Below, in pieces: positions 1 to 10,199 of a DNA stretch of 33,359 nucleotides. Positions within the stretch are counted from its first letter, which is position 1, and each line of letters begins with the position of its first letter. The stretch lies in the sequence record SRR31156797_1554; one strand, written 5' to 3'. Both the position numbers and the translations under genes were made by a program. Under the pieces are notes generated by a model. The model did no database searches. It was not told where the DNA came from and saw nothing but the letters and a program-made list of their open reading frames with translations.

Positions 1-45
1 CTGCGATGTGAGCGCAGGAACGTTGTTATAGATTACTAATGCCAT
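1..45 (-). CDS. fliC: Flagellin, N-terminal 15 codons (gene runs off the left edge)
   Basis: Reverse complement reads GGAGG (53-57), then ATG at 45: MALVIYNNVPALTSQ, a typical flagellin N-terminus. Neighbours are flaG and maf. Not in the ORF track. Confidence 0.85.
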   Translation of the reverse strand, partial: MALVIYNNVPALTSQ

Positions 46-78
46 TTGAATACCTCCGTGTACTGTCCTCTAATTATT

Positions 79-90
79 GGCGTCCTTGCC
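79..90 (-). promoter_or_regulatory. Putative CsrA-binding hairpin in the flagellin 5' UTR
   Basis: GGC-AAGGAC-GCC puts CAAGGA in a hairpin loop about 20 nt upstream of the SD, which itself contains ACGGA. Same arrangement as CsrA sites in flagellin leaders such as B. subtilis hag. Confidence 0.65.
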
Positions 91-131
91 TTAGAGTATT
101 CTTTAGTTTTTTTATATGGCTTGTGGGTTTT

Positions 132-152
132 TACAGAGTTAGTGGCTCTGTA
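132..152. repeat. Hairpin 1 with CCACTAA/TTAGTGG loop
   Basis: TACAGAG-TTAGTGG-CTCTGTA, perfect 7-bp stem. Confidence 0.6.
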
Positions 153-227
153 CTATTTAAAATCCTATCCATGATTTCTTTAATTATAAACACTCCTTTG
201 TCCTGCCCACCTCCGTGGTCTGAAACG

Positions 228-265
228 AAAAAAGACCGGTGCTCCCTGTTAGGATTCACCGGCCC
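228..265 (-). terminator. Intrinsic terminator-like hairpin between flaG and flagellin
   Basis: Minus strand GCCGGTG...CACCGGT stem with an inner TCCT/AGGG helix, followed by C and T6. Confidence 0.6.
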
Positions 266-314
266 GATTATTTCAGTACCTGATACTTATTTTAATTTTT
301 TGTCAAAACTGTCT

Positions 315-331
315 GCATGTTAGTGGCATGC
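315..331. repeat. Hairpin 2 with CCACTAA/TTAGTGG loop
   Basis: GCATG-TTAGTGG-CATGC, perfect 5-bp stem. Same loop as 132-152 but a different stem sequence. Confidence 0.55.
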
Positions 332-353
332 TTTCAATTCTTTCAGTGCTTGC

Positions 354-713
354 TTATGACGTGCTGTCATAAAGCAGGCCTACCATCTCTTTGATGTTTT
401 GGGAAAGCTTTACAGCTTCCTCATTAGGTATCTGCCTTATTACACTCTTATCTTCTGAGTCGATAATCTTTACTACAACCTCTTTAGTCTCATCAGAAAC
501 AGTAAACTCACGTTTAACATTAAGAGACTTAAGAGCTGTGTTAAGCTCATCAACTGAAGCTTCAAGCTTTTCAACAGGAACCTTCTCATCCGTAGGCTGC
601 TCTTTTGCCATTTCGCCCTTAACAGGAGCATCAACCTTACGCGCCTCAGTCGCCTGAGACATACTCTGGCTTTTGCTCTCCGTTACGGGAGTTACGCTGG
701 TTGTTTCAAACAT
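354..713 (-). CDS. flaG: Flagellar protein FlaG
   Basis: C-terminal VVVKIID..DKSVIRQIPNEE..KL....EMVGLLYD is the FlaG signature. Start moved to ATG 713 (AAGGAG SD upstream). Confidence 0.9.
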   Translation of the reverse strand: MFETTSVTPVTESKSQSMSQATEARKVDAPVKGEMAKEQPTDEKVPVEKLEASVDELNTALKSLNVKREFTVSDETKEVVVKIIDSEDKSVIRQIPNEEAVKLSQNIKEMVGLLYDSTS

Positions 714-801
714 TATGCCGCTCCTTTGTTTTAAGCAATTTAGCTTTTTACAAGCTCTTCCGTCTGCATCGACAATATAGGCGACACTTCCGGTAATCAT
801 G

Positions 802-828
802 TTATCGTCCTCTAGGGATGATACTTGA
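802..828 (-). promoter_or_regulatory. Sigma28 (FliA)-type promoter of flaG
   Basis: TCAA-N15-GACGATAA versus consensus TAAA-N15-GCCGATAA, upstream of a late flagellar gene. Confidence 0.7.
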
Positions 829-865
829 GATAAAGTTTACATTTTTTTTATTTTTTATATATGGA

Positions 866-894
866 TTGACTTAACCCCTTTTAAACAATATTAT
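866..894 (+). promoter_or_regulatory. Sigma70-type promoter of maf
   Basis: TTGACT-N17-TATTAT, 26 nt upstream of the ATG. Confidence 0.6.
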
Positions 895-920
895 TTTTAA
901 AAGTGTCTAAGGAGTGTCAT

Positions 921-2795
921 ATGTCCTTCAGAAGCAAAAATCTCAAAGCGATCAAAGAGAGATATCCACACCTTCATAAAAAAATAGCCAACTTAAAACC
1001 TTCCGGACGATATAGACTCATCCAAACTCCTGGGCAGCCCAATGTGATCAATCTTATTGACACTAAAGATAATCAGATATTCTATGACAGGCGTAACCCG
1101 ATCGACTCAGTGATTAAGAATATTCAGGACAGGAATATTAAAGTCCCTAATCTGAATATCTTCCTCGGCTCAGGACTTTTCTATAACCAGTACGCCTTTT
1201 ATAAGGTTCACAAATATGACAACCATACAAACATTATAATAGAAAGAGATTTAGACCTGTTTGTAACATCACTAGACTTCGTAGACATTACAGACATCGT
1301 AAAAAATCCTGCGTTCCACCTTGTTATCGACGAGGACTATACCGCTGTCCTCACATTTATAAACAACGCTCTGCACAGATCAAACGCAAAGCTTTACGTT
1401 AAAGCGATCAACTTCATCGAAGACTATAAGTCTTACGTTAATAATAAGGACTACTACCTCTCTTGTGTAAAAGCCGCAAAAGAAGCTATATCAGAGGTTC
1501 TAACATTCTTCGGAAATGATCCACTAGACTCACTCATAGGTATCAACCACACATTTATAAACATACGTGAGATAATTGACCACCCTGGCGTAATGGACAT
1601 AAAAGACCTTTTCAAAGGTAAGCCGGGGGTCGTAATAGCAACAGGACCATCACTTATGAAAAACGTCCACCTGCTAGACGGGATAAAAGACAAGGCTGTC
1701 TTCTGCTCTGTTGACGCCTCTGTGAAGGTTCTCCAGAAGCATAATCTTAAGCCACACCTGGTAACCTGCCTTGAGCGTGTTATCGAAACCTCTAAGCTTT
1801 TTCAGGGGTTAAAAGAGGATGAGGTGGAAGATGTTTTCCTGGCCGGGACACCGGTCATACACCCGCTAACATATAAAAACTGGCCTGGCGACAGGTTTGT
1901 AGTATATAGAAACTTTGCTACTTTTAAGTGGCTCAACATAGAGAAAGGGATGCTTGAGATAGGACCTTCCTCAGGTAATATGGCGTTTAAGCTTCTCGAA
2001 TATCTCGGATGTGACCCAATTATCCTCGTCGGGCAAGACCTAGCATATGGCGACGACGACCTCACCCACGCAGAAGGTACAACATATGGTACAAAGCAGA
2101 CTGGTGTAGCTTTCCAAAACCAGCTCGAAGTACCGGGTAACTACAGACCTTCTGTCAAAACTACAAAAGTATGGAACTCATTCCTCAACTACTATCATAA
2201 AGATGTTACCGCCTCACCAGCAAAGGTTATCAACGCCACAGAGGGCGGTGCAAAGATTATGGGCGCAGAGATAATGTCACTTAAGGAAGCTATTGATAAA
2301 CATATCAAAGAGCCTTTTGAAGTTGTAAAGCCTATCAGAGAGAACCTGAACCACCCTACAGCTGAGACTATCAAAGAACTCGATAGTAAAACATTAAGCA
2401 TTGTAGAGGATGGATTGAAATTCTGCATTGAAACTCAGGAGAAGTTTAAAACCGGCTTCGAAGCTTGCAACCAGTTCGCTGCTACAGTTTACAAAGACTA
2501 TAACGAAACAGGGAACTACGACGAGGTCGAAGGCAACAGGCTTCTCGATCAGGCAAATGAGGTTATGCAGGTGGTAAACACTCAGGAGTTCTACACCATC
2601 CTCATGCACTATGTTCAGTCTTACCTCATCAGGACAGGGATAGAGATTAACGCTGTGAAGGCGAAAGCGAAAACAATCGCAGAAGAGCATATAGGTATAG
2701 CCGCACTATCCAAAGATTTCTTCGGAGTTATGATCGGGCTTAATGAAAAGATGATTAAATTACTCGAAGACCTCAAGTCCAGCCTTGAAAAGTAA
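921..2795 (+). CDS. Motility-associated factor (Maf, DUF115/MAF_flag10) flagellin glycosyltransferase
   Basis: Motifs VVIATGPSL, IILVGQDLAY, VINATEGGAKI; about 624 aa; AAGGAG SD before ATG 921; beside flagellin. Confidence 0.85.
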   Translation: MSFRSKNLKAIKERYPHLHKKIANLKPSGRYRLIQTPGQPNVINLIDTKDNQIFYDRRNPIDSVIKNIQDRNIKVPNLNIFLGSGLFYNQYAFYKVHKYDNHTNIIIERDLDLFVTSLDFVDITDIVKNPAFHLVIDEDYTAVLTFINNALHRSNAKLYVKAINFIEDYKSYVNNKDYYLSCVKAAKEAISEVLTFFGNDPLDSLIGINHTFINIREIIDHPGVMDIKDLFKGKPGVVIATGPSLMKNVHLLDGIKDKAVFCSVDASVKVLQKHNLKPHLVTCLERVIETSKLFQGLKEDEVEDVFLAGTPVIHPLTYKNWPGDRFVVYRNFATFKWLNIEKGMLEIGPSSGNMAFKLLEYLGCDPIILVGQDLAYGDDDLTHAEGTTYGTKQTGVAFQNQLEVPGNYRPSVKTTKVWNSFLNYYHKDVTASPAKVINATEGGAKIMGAEIMSLKEAIDKHIKEPFEVVKPIRENLNHPTAETIKELDSKTLSIVEDGLKFCIETQEKFKTGFEACNQFAATVYKDYNETGNYDEVEGNRLLDQANEVMQVVNTQEFYTILMHYVQSYLIRTGIEINAVKAKAKTIAEEHIGIAALSKDFFGVMIGLNEKMIKLLEDLKSSLEK

Positions 2796-2860
2796 CACTA
2801 GACTGTGATCGTTTAATAACTGCCTAACTTGACGGCTTCCGATGGTCGCCTGGTAAGATT

Positions 2861-4045
2861 TTAAAGTTTAATAATATTAGTATTCTCGCCTGTAAGTGAG
2901 ACGCCGCCGTTGTCTGAAACAACGTAAGTGTTTTCGATACCCACAAGACCTGTGCCTGGCACCCCACGTTTAGGCTCAACAGCCATAACCATACCCTCCT
3001 CAAGCGGAAGGTCAAAACCTTTTGCGAATACCGGATACTCATCGATAACCAAACCGACACCATGACCTAAGAATTTCACCCGTTCCTCACGGATACCCAT
3101 GAAATACTCCTGAAAGTCCTCATCATACGCAGACATAACATCATCATAAACCTTAGAAGGTATTGCACCGGGACGCATAAGGTTAACCGTGGCATTAAGT
3201 ATCTCAACACACGCTTCCTGATATTTGTAAGCCTCGTCAGGCAGTTCACCAAAAGCGTAAACCTGAGTTTTGTCAGTGTGATACCCTTCCATTCCGCAGC
3301 CCACATCGACAAAAACAAGCTCATCCATTTTAAGCTTACGGTCGTCATTACCTAAAAGGGGAACAGCAGGGTTCATCCCTTTGACACCGCCCGGCCCGTC
3401 GAAAGTGTTGAAATACATTGAGTTTTCACCGAAACATATCTGCCCCTGAAAAAGCTCAGTATTAAACATGCCGATTCTGGTGACACCGTGGTGACCTCTG
3501 TCCATCATATACTTGAAAATTTCTGTCCCAAGCTCCTTTTCGCTCATCCCCTCTTTCAGGATTGTCGGTACAAAGTTCTCAAGGGTTTCACGATGAAGCC
3601 TTCCGCATGAGCGCATAATATCAAGCTCATACTTAGTCTTAACAGATCTGGTGGCTGCTATTGCATGGTCACACGAGATGGTCTCTTCGAAATTGAGATA
3701 TTTATTGATACGTTCGAAATGTGCGAGAGGGACAAATTCCTTCTCCATATATACAGCCCTGCCGAGATAACCTACGACAGGAGCTATGTCTCTGAAACTC
3801 TTTATTTTTACTATCTTATCAAAATTAGATTCGAGCTCTGCTCTCTGGTAGCTTCGGCGGACAAAGAAGATGGCATCGCTATCTTTAGGCACAATGAGCA
3901 CACCGTTCTGCTGGGTTCCTGTGAAGTAGTAAATATTCACTTTATTTACTATCAGAGCAACATTCCAGCCCGGGTTAAGCTGATCCATTTTCTTTCTGAA
4001 AGCAGACATTCTGCTTCCGAGTTCGCCTTTAGGTACAAGGTTCAA
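2861..4045 (-). CDS. M24 family Xaa-Pro peptidase
   Basis: Creatinase-like N-domain plus pita-bread metal-ligand motifs FVDVG, YHTD, GHGVG, VEPK, GIEN. TTG start overlaps the upstream TGA, with a GGAGG SD. Confidence 0.85.
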   Translation of the reverse strand: MNLVPKGELGSRMSAFRKKMDQLNPGWNVALIVNKVNIYYFTGTQQNGVLIVPKDSDAIFFVRRSYQRAELESNFDKIVKIKSFRDIAPVVGYLGRAVYMEKEFVPLAHFERINKYLNFEETISCDHAIAATRSVKTKYELDIMRSCGRLHRETLENFVPTILKEGMSEKELGTEIFKYMMDRGHHGVTRIGMFNTELFQGQICFGENSMYFNTFDGPGGVKGMNPAVPLLGNDDRKLKMDELVFVDVGCGMEGYHTDKTQVYAFGELPDEAYKYQEACVEILNATVNLMRPGAIPSKVYDDVMSAYDEDFQEYFMGIREERVKFLGHGVGLVIDEYPVFAKGFDLPLEEGMVMAVEPKRGVPGTGLVGIENTYVVSDNGGVSLTGENTNIIKL

Positions 4046-5028
4046 AGCAGCTCCTCCAGAGATATCTTCTTAGTTGCAAGTAGGTTACGCATCTTGCTAA
4101 GCACACGCTTCTCTATCTGGCGCACACGCTCACGGGTTATGCCGAGGTCGTTACCGATAGACTCAAGAGTCTCCGGATCATTACCCGAAAGCCCGTAGCG
4201 TCTTATTATAATAGTCTTTTCGTTATCAGACAGGAAGGTGAGCCATTTGAAAATGATCTCCTTCTTGCTGGTGTTTTCTATCTTAAGATAAGGGTCGAGG
4301 TATTTTTCATCATCTGCGATAAATTCGTGCAACGTACTGCTCTCATCTCCGCCCACAGGCATGTCGAGTGAAGTGTCCTGCTTTATCGCATCAAAAACCT
4401 TTTTAAGTGTCGAAAGAGGCATCTTAGTAGCTGTTGAAAGCTCGTGGATTGTCGGTTCCCGCCCGAGCTTCTGATTAAGTTCGTTCTGAGTTTTCATAAC
4501 TTTGCTGATGTTCTCAGACATATGAACAGGTATCCGCACCATACGGCACTGGTTGATGATAGCACGCTCAATAGCCTGACGTATCCACCATGTCGCATAT
4601 GTGCTGAACTTAAAGCCCTTAGTATAATCGAATTTCTCAACAGCTTTCAGAAGCCCGATATTCCCCTCTTCAACAAGGTCAACAAGGTTCATCCCACGGT
4701 TGATATATTTTTTAGCAATCGAAACAACAAGCCGTAAATTGCACTTGATCATTGTTTCTTTAGAGTCGTTACAGCCCTTCTCTATCCCTTGGGAAAGTGT
4801 CGCCTCTTCCTCACGAGTGAGAACAGGATATTTGGATATCTCGTTAAGATATATCTTAAACACTTCAAGGTCTTCCGAAGAATACTCATACTTCGGCTCT
4901 TTCTCTATTTCGCAAGGTTCAATCTTCGGCTCAGGTTCGTTTTTCAAATCCTCAATCTGAGGCTCTTCTTCAGTCAGTTCAGTCGGCTCTTCTACTTCTG
5001 TTTCTTCAACTGTTTCTGGATCACTCAT
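4042..5028 (-). CDS. rpoS: Group 1/2 sigma70-family factor, RpoS-like
   Basis: Regions 1.2 (YLNEI), 2 ([27 protein letters not shown]), 3 and 4 ([15 protein letters not shown]). Short acidic N-terminus, no RpoD region 1.1, pcm upstream. The family is certain; the rpoS name rests on synteny. Confidence 0.7.
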   Translation of the reverse strand: MSDPETVEETEVEEPTELTEEEPQIEDLKNEPEPKIEPCEIEKEPKYEYSSEDLEVFKIYLNEISKYPVLTREEEATLSQGIEKGCNDSKETMIKCNLRLVVSIAKKYINRGMNLVDLVEEGNIGLLKAVEKFDYTKGFKFSTYATWWIRQAIERAIINQCRMVRIPVHMSENISKVMKTQNELNQKLGREPTIHELSTATKMPLSTLKKVFDAIKQDTSLDMPVGGDESSTLHEFIADDEKYLDPYLKIENTSKKEIIFKWLTFLSDNEKTIIIRRYGLSGNDPETLESIGNDLGITRERVRQIEKRVLSKMRNLLATKKISLEELL

Positions 5029-5483
5029 ATTCTCTCCAGCACTTCTTTAAGTTTAATAAAAAACAATTCCCTGTCATCATAGCTTGTTTCATGTTCGATA
5101 GGAGACTTAAAGCTTATAACTTCTCTGCCTAATTTCTTCGCTATAGCTATCTCAGAAGCAGTCCCGAGGCTTCCTCCCACAGAGACACACACATCTCCGC
5201 TTGAGGCAACGAGAACATTTCTCCCATGTCCGAGTCCGGTAGGGATAACAGCATCACAATATTCGTTTGCAGTGGATTTATCATAGGACGGAATCATCCC
5301 GATAGTTAGCCCTCCTGCATCCTTAGCACCATGTAATGCGTGCTCCATCACTCCGGCAAGACCTCCTGTCAGAACCATAAAACCTTTAGACGCTGCCAAC
5401 TGACCCACTAGATAGGCTACCTCAGAGATAACACTTTCACATTCTGCGGCTCCGGCTACGGCTATAATTTTCACAGGTACCAA
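5025..5483 (-). CDS. TIGR00725-like / LOG-family Rossmann-fold protein
   Basis: [26 protein letters not shown] motifs. Start uncertain (TTG 5483 or GTG 5474). Confidence 0.8.
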   Translation of the reverse strand: MVPVKIIAVAGAAECESVISEVAYLVGQLAASKGFMVLTGGLAGVMEHALHGAKDAGGLTIGMIPSYDKSTANEYCDAVIPTGLGHGRNVLVASSGDVCVSVGGSLGTASEIAIAKKLGREVISFKSPIEHETSYDDRELFFIKLKEVLERI

Positions 5484-5721
5484 TATAACCCGATTATAAA
5501 AAAAAATAAAGTTAATAAAATATTAGACATTAGTGGTTTCTGTGCAAAGTGAGGATGTAAAAAACGTTATAAGGCTAATAAGAGTAGACATTAACCAACT
5601 TGTTAGGTGATATTTAATTCACTAAAATATAAGAGTTCATAAATGATATCAAGTGAATGAAATAAGATGAAAATCGAGACGGTGCAAATCATCAATATAC
5701 TTTGTAGATCACCTATTGCTT

Positions 5722-7235
<1,514 letters not shown>

Positions 7236-7301
7236 TTATAAGGTGCTAAGATTTTACAGGTTATCGGTAATTTTGCAAGAATATTAAGATTTAGAGTGAT
7301 A

Positions 7302-7829
7302 TCAGGATGCAGGTTTTACAGGAGGCTCTACAGCTAAGAAGTCGTCCATAGTTTCAGACATAGACTTAATATTAGATATGCACTCGTCCACAGAATCGTT
7401 GAGATAATTGATATCCAGCTCACCAAATTGATAGGCGTCACGTATATCCTCGACTATGAAAGCTATGGCACTGAGCGGCTGCCGGCACTGATGCGCGACA
7501 CATGAAGCGGCGTTCGGAACCTGCGCACAGATAGCAGGCTCATGTTCGTAGAGAGAGACCATATATCCATCAGCAACCTTTACTGGCTCGCACTTAAATT
7601 TAAGATAATTACCGGCAAATTTACCGAGTGAAAGCTCAAAGCTCTCAGCGTTATCCGCCTGTATCTTTTCGATAAGCTCATCCATATTATCGTGATGTAC
7701 AACATCAGCAAGTTCGCGGTCAACGATATCCAGTGATATTACACATGAGAAAGTCTCAACGCTGGTCACCCTGAACTCGTTATTAAGTTTGATATTCATA
7801 CACGCTTTCGCAGACAAGACATACCCCAA
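7302..7829 (-). CDS. Small protein with C-terminal HisKA (DHp) helices but no ATPase domain
   Basis: AHQCRQPLSAI...SETMDDF resembles the HQWRQPL-type H-box; the ORF stops about 11 aa later. Start may be ATG 7799. Confidence 0.6.
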   Translation of the reverse strand: MGYVLSAKACMNIKLNNEFRVTSVETFSCVISLDIVDRELADVVHHDNMDELIEKIQADNAESFELSLGKFAGNYLKFKCEPVKVADGYMVSLYEHEPAICAQVPNAASCVAHQCRQPLSAIAFIVEDIRDAYQFGELDINYLNDSVDECISNIKSMSETMDDFLAVEPPVKPAS

Positions 7830-7889
7830 TAAAAATAATGATGATTAAATACTAACACATTATTTTTACTTTTTAAGTTTAGTTGAAGA

Positions 7890-8855
7890 TTATCTCGATT
7901 TTATTTCGATATGCTTTGCGAGGATAGTGACAGCCAAGGCATATTTTATGCTTGGGTTATATCGTGTAACTACATAGAAGTTCTTGAAGATTATCCAATA
8001 TTCAGCACCCTCATCACCCTCAAGTTTTACAAGTGCGCCTTTACGGTTAGGATTTACCCACATTCCTGGGATTGCACCATCTTTCCTCAGTTGCCTCACT
8101 GTAAATTTCGGTCTGATACCCTGATCGAGATATTTCCTCCACCTTGTCCCATTTGTGCGGACCTTCACTGCAAGCGGCTCACCCCGAACCCAGCCGTGCT
8201 TATTAAGGTAGTTTGCGATGCTCCCGATAGAGTCTGCCCCTGATTTAAATATATTTATACGCCCGTCACCGGAGAACTCACGACCGAACTTCAGTATATT
8301 CGAAGGCATAAACTGAGGCATACCGACAGCGCCGGCGTATGAGCTTTTAAGGTTAAAAGGATCAAGCTTATTCCTGTATGCGTATATCATCAGCGAGGCT
8401 AGCTCTTTTTTAAAAAATTCAGCCCTGCGTGGATAGTAAAAAGCTAAAGTGAAGAGAGCATCCATCGCCCTGTGGCTTAGTGCATATGTGCCGTAGTCAG
8501 TCTCAACCCCAAGAATAGCTACAATTACATCAGGATTAACACCGTAAATGCGTTTAGCTTTGCGCAAGGTCTTCGGATAGCGTTTTTTGAAGTCCACACC
8601 TTTGCGGATCTTCTTATCGTATATAAAATGCGGTTTATAGTCCTTCCACGGTTTAGCCTCTGCTTGTCTGTCCATAAGGCGGATAGAATCTTCGGTCTTC
8701 CTTGCTCTCTTCAGCCATTTAATAACGGCACGTTCAGATATCCGCCCCTGCTTAGCTACCTTATGGGCGTACTTCTCCATCTCCGGAGTGAGCTCACCCG
8801 AAAAAGCAGGAAATGTCAGTAATAGAACAAGAATCGCAAGTATTAATTTATTCAT
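7890..8855 (-). CDS. mltB: Lytic murein transglycosylase B-like (SLT_2)
   Basis: Signal peptide, GVETDYG (catalytic Glu), SSYAGAVGMPQFMPS, YNPS..YA. Confidence 0.9.
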   Translation of the reverse strand: MNKLILAILVLLLTFPAFSGELTPEMEKYAHKVAKQGRISERAVIKWLKRARKTEDSIRLMDRQAEAKPWKDYKPHFIYDKKIRKGVDFKKRYPKTLRKAKRIYGVNPDVIVAILGVETDYGTYALSHRAMDALFTLAFYYPRRAEFFKKELASLMIYAYRNKLDPFNLKSSYAGAVGMPQFMPSNILKFGREFSGDGRINIFKSGADSIGSIANYLNKHGWVRGEPLAVKVRTNGTRWRKYLDQGIRPKFTVRQLRKDGAIPGMWVNPNRKGALVKLEGDEGAEYWIIFKNFYVVTRYNPSIKYALAVTILAKHIEIKSR

Positions 8856-8964
8856 AAGATGTATCTGGTCTTTTTAAGTTGTTTAAAGTATAATCACATA
8901 TCGGTTATATAGTTGTAATATAAACATTTAAAATATAAAAGATTTTTCTAAGGGAGACTTACTA

Positions 8965-9606
8965 ATGATAGTTGCACCATCAGTTTTAAGCGCAGATTTT
9001 TCCATACTGGCAGAAGAGATAAAAGCTATCGACGAAGGCGGGGCAGACTGGATTCACCTTGATATTATGGACGGCATGTTTGTGCCGAATATCACCTTCG
9101 GCGCACCCGTGATTAAGACGCTTCGTAAGACTACTGAAAAAACTTTCGATGCGCACCTTATGATATGTGACCCTGACAGATACATTCAGGGGTTTGCTGA
9201 TGCTGGCTGTGATTTTATCACTGTCCACGAAGAGGCGTGCACACACCTACACCGCACAATATCACTCATAAAAGAGTGCGGATGCAAGGCTGGCGTTTCT
9301 CTCAACCCTGCTACATCACTTGAAACAGTGCGCGAAATACTTCCATATGTTGACATGGTGCTAATCATGTCTGTAAACCCTGGGTTCGGCGGGCAGAAAT
9401 TTATCCCAACAAGTTATGACAAAATAAGACGCCTCCGCAAAATGGCTGACGAGCTCAATCCGGAGCTTATCATTCAGGTGGACGGTGGCGTAAACAATAA
9501 GAACATCAAAGACCTGAAAGATGCAGGCTGTAATTGTGTCGTAGCGGGGAGCTTCGTCTTCGGAAATGAGAATTACGGAGAAGCTATCAAATCTCTGAAA
9601 ATTTAA
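8965..9606 (+). CDS. rpe: Ribulose-phosphate 3-epimerase
   Basis: APSVLSADF, HLDIMDG, MSVNPGFGGQ, VDGG. Confidence 0.97.
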   Translation: MIVAPSVLSADFSILAEEIKAIDEGGADWIHLDIMDGMFVPNITFGAPVIKTLRKTTEKTFDAHLMICDPDRYIQGFADAGCDFITVHEEACTHLHRTISLIKECGCKAGVSLNPATSLETVREILPYVDMVLIMSVNPGFGGQKFIPTSYDKIRRLRKMADELNPELIIQVDGGVNNKNIKDLKDAGCNCVVAGSFVFGNENYGEAIKSLKI

Positions 9607-9615
9607 TGTAGATTC

Positions 9616-9644
9616 CTTACAACGCCCGCAGCGTGTGGTATATT
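9616..9644 (+). promoter_or_regulatory. Possible internal sigma70 promoter for the receiver gene
   Basis: CTTACA-N17-TATATT with extended -10 TGn. Confidence 0.4.
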
Positions 9645-9668
9645 TATAGTATCAGCGGAGGTGTTGAT

Positions 9669-10028
9669 ATGGCTGTAAACATTTTAGTAGTAGATGACGA
9701 GCCGGATATCAGGCTCCTTTATCGTTCAGAACTGGAAGATCAGGGCTTTAAAATACACGAAGCCTCTAACTCAGAGGAGTGCTATAAGCAGCTTGCGGAT
9801 AAGAAGATTGACCTTGTCCTCCTCGACATTAAGCTCAAGGGCGAAAGCGGGATAGACATTCTTCAGAGCATTTCCGGTAAAGATAAGAAAGCGAAAGTTG
9901 TACTGGCGACAGCTTACAGTGCTTATCAGGACGACTTCCAGACTTGGCTGGCAGACGGCTACTGGGTGAAAACTCAGGAGATTGAAACACTGACAGAAGA
10001 AATTAACAAAGTTCTCGCAAAAAATTAA
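9669..10028 (+). CDS. Single-domain response regulator (receiver)
   Basis: VVDDE, LLDIKL (phosphoacceptor Asp), ATAY, VK. GGAGG SD before ATG 9669. Confidence 0.9.
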   Translation: MAVNILVVDDEPDIRLLYRSELEDQGFKIHEASNSEECYKQLADKKIDLVLLDIKLKGESGIDILQSISGKDKKAKVVLATAYSAYQDDFQTWLADGYWVKTQEIETLTEEINKVLAKN

Positions 10029-10103
10029 TACGGGGGCTTAGCTGTCCGTGCTAAATTTATATTATGCCTCAGTTTAACCTGCGGTGTGATTTTATAAGTA
10101 ATC

Positions 10104-10145
10104 AAAAATGCATCTGACCGGGAAACCTGTGCAGATGTATTTTTT
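10104..10145 (+). terminator. Long hairpin with GAAA tetraloop and T-tract (terminator/attenuator-like)
   Basis: AAAAATGCATCTG...GG-GAAA-CC...CAGATGTATTTTT. Confidence 0.55.
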
Positions 10146-10199
10146 GTCTAAAGAGATAATTAGCCGGGCAATAAATTTATTAATACGGAGTTAAGCTAT

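Noticed and set aside
39-323. 94-aa plus-strand ORF
   Set aside because: Antisense to the flagellin start and leader, no SD, no recognisable motif.
46-353. c-di-GMP riboswitch upstream of flagellin
   Set aside because: No GEMM-type core motifs recognisable by eye; a cmscan would be definitive.
714-800. N-terminal extension of flaG in the ORF track (similarly the longer starts at 903, 9633, 19260, 21695, 28335, 29348, 30749)
   Set aside because: Better SD-linked starts lie downstream, and several of the extensions overlap predicted promoters or upstream genes.
3665-4198. Long antisense or alternate-frame ORFs (also 16899-17450, 20399-21016, 24870-25298, 28629-29174 and others)
   Set aside because: They lie over well-supported genes and show no motifs; typical shadow ORFs.
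7261-7287. Sigma28-like TTAA-N15-ACCGATAA upstream of argB
   Set aside because: Overlaps an equally plausible sigma70 site (TTGCAA-N16-TAAAAT, 7251-7278) and argB is not an expected FliA target; cannot be separated from chance.
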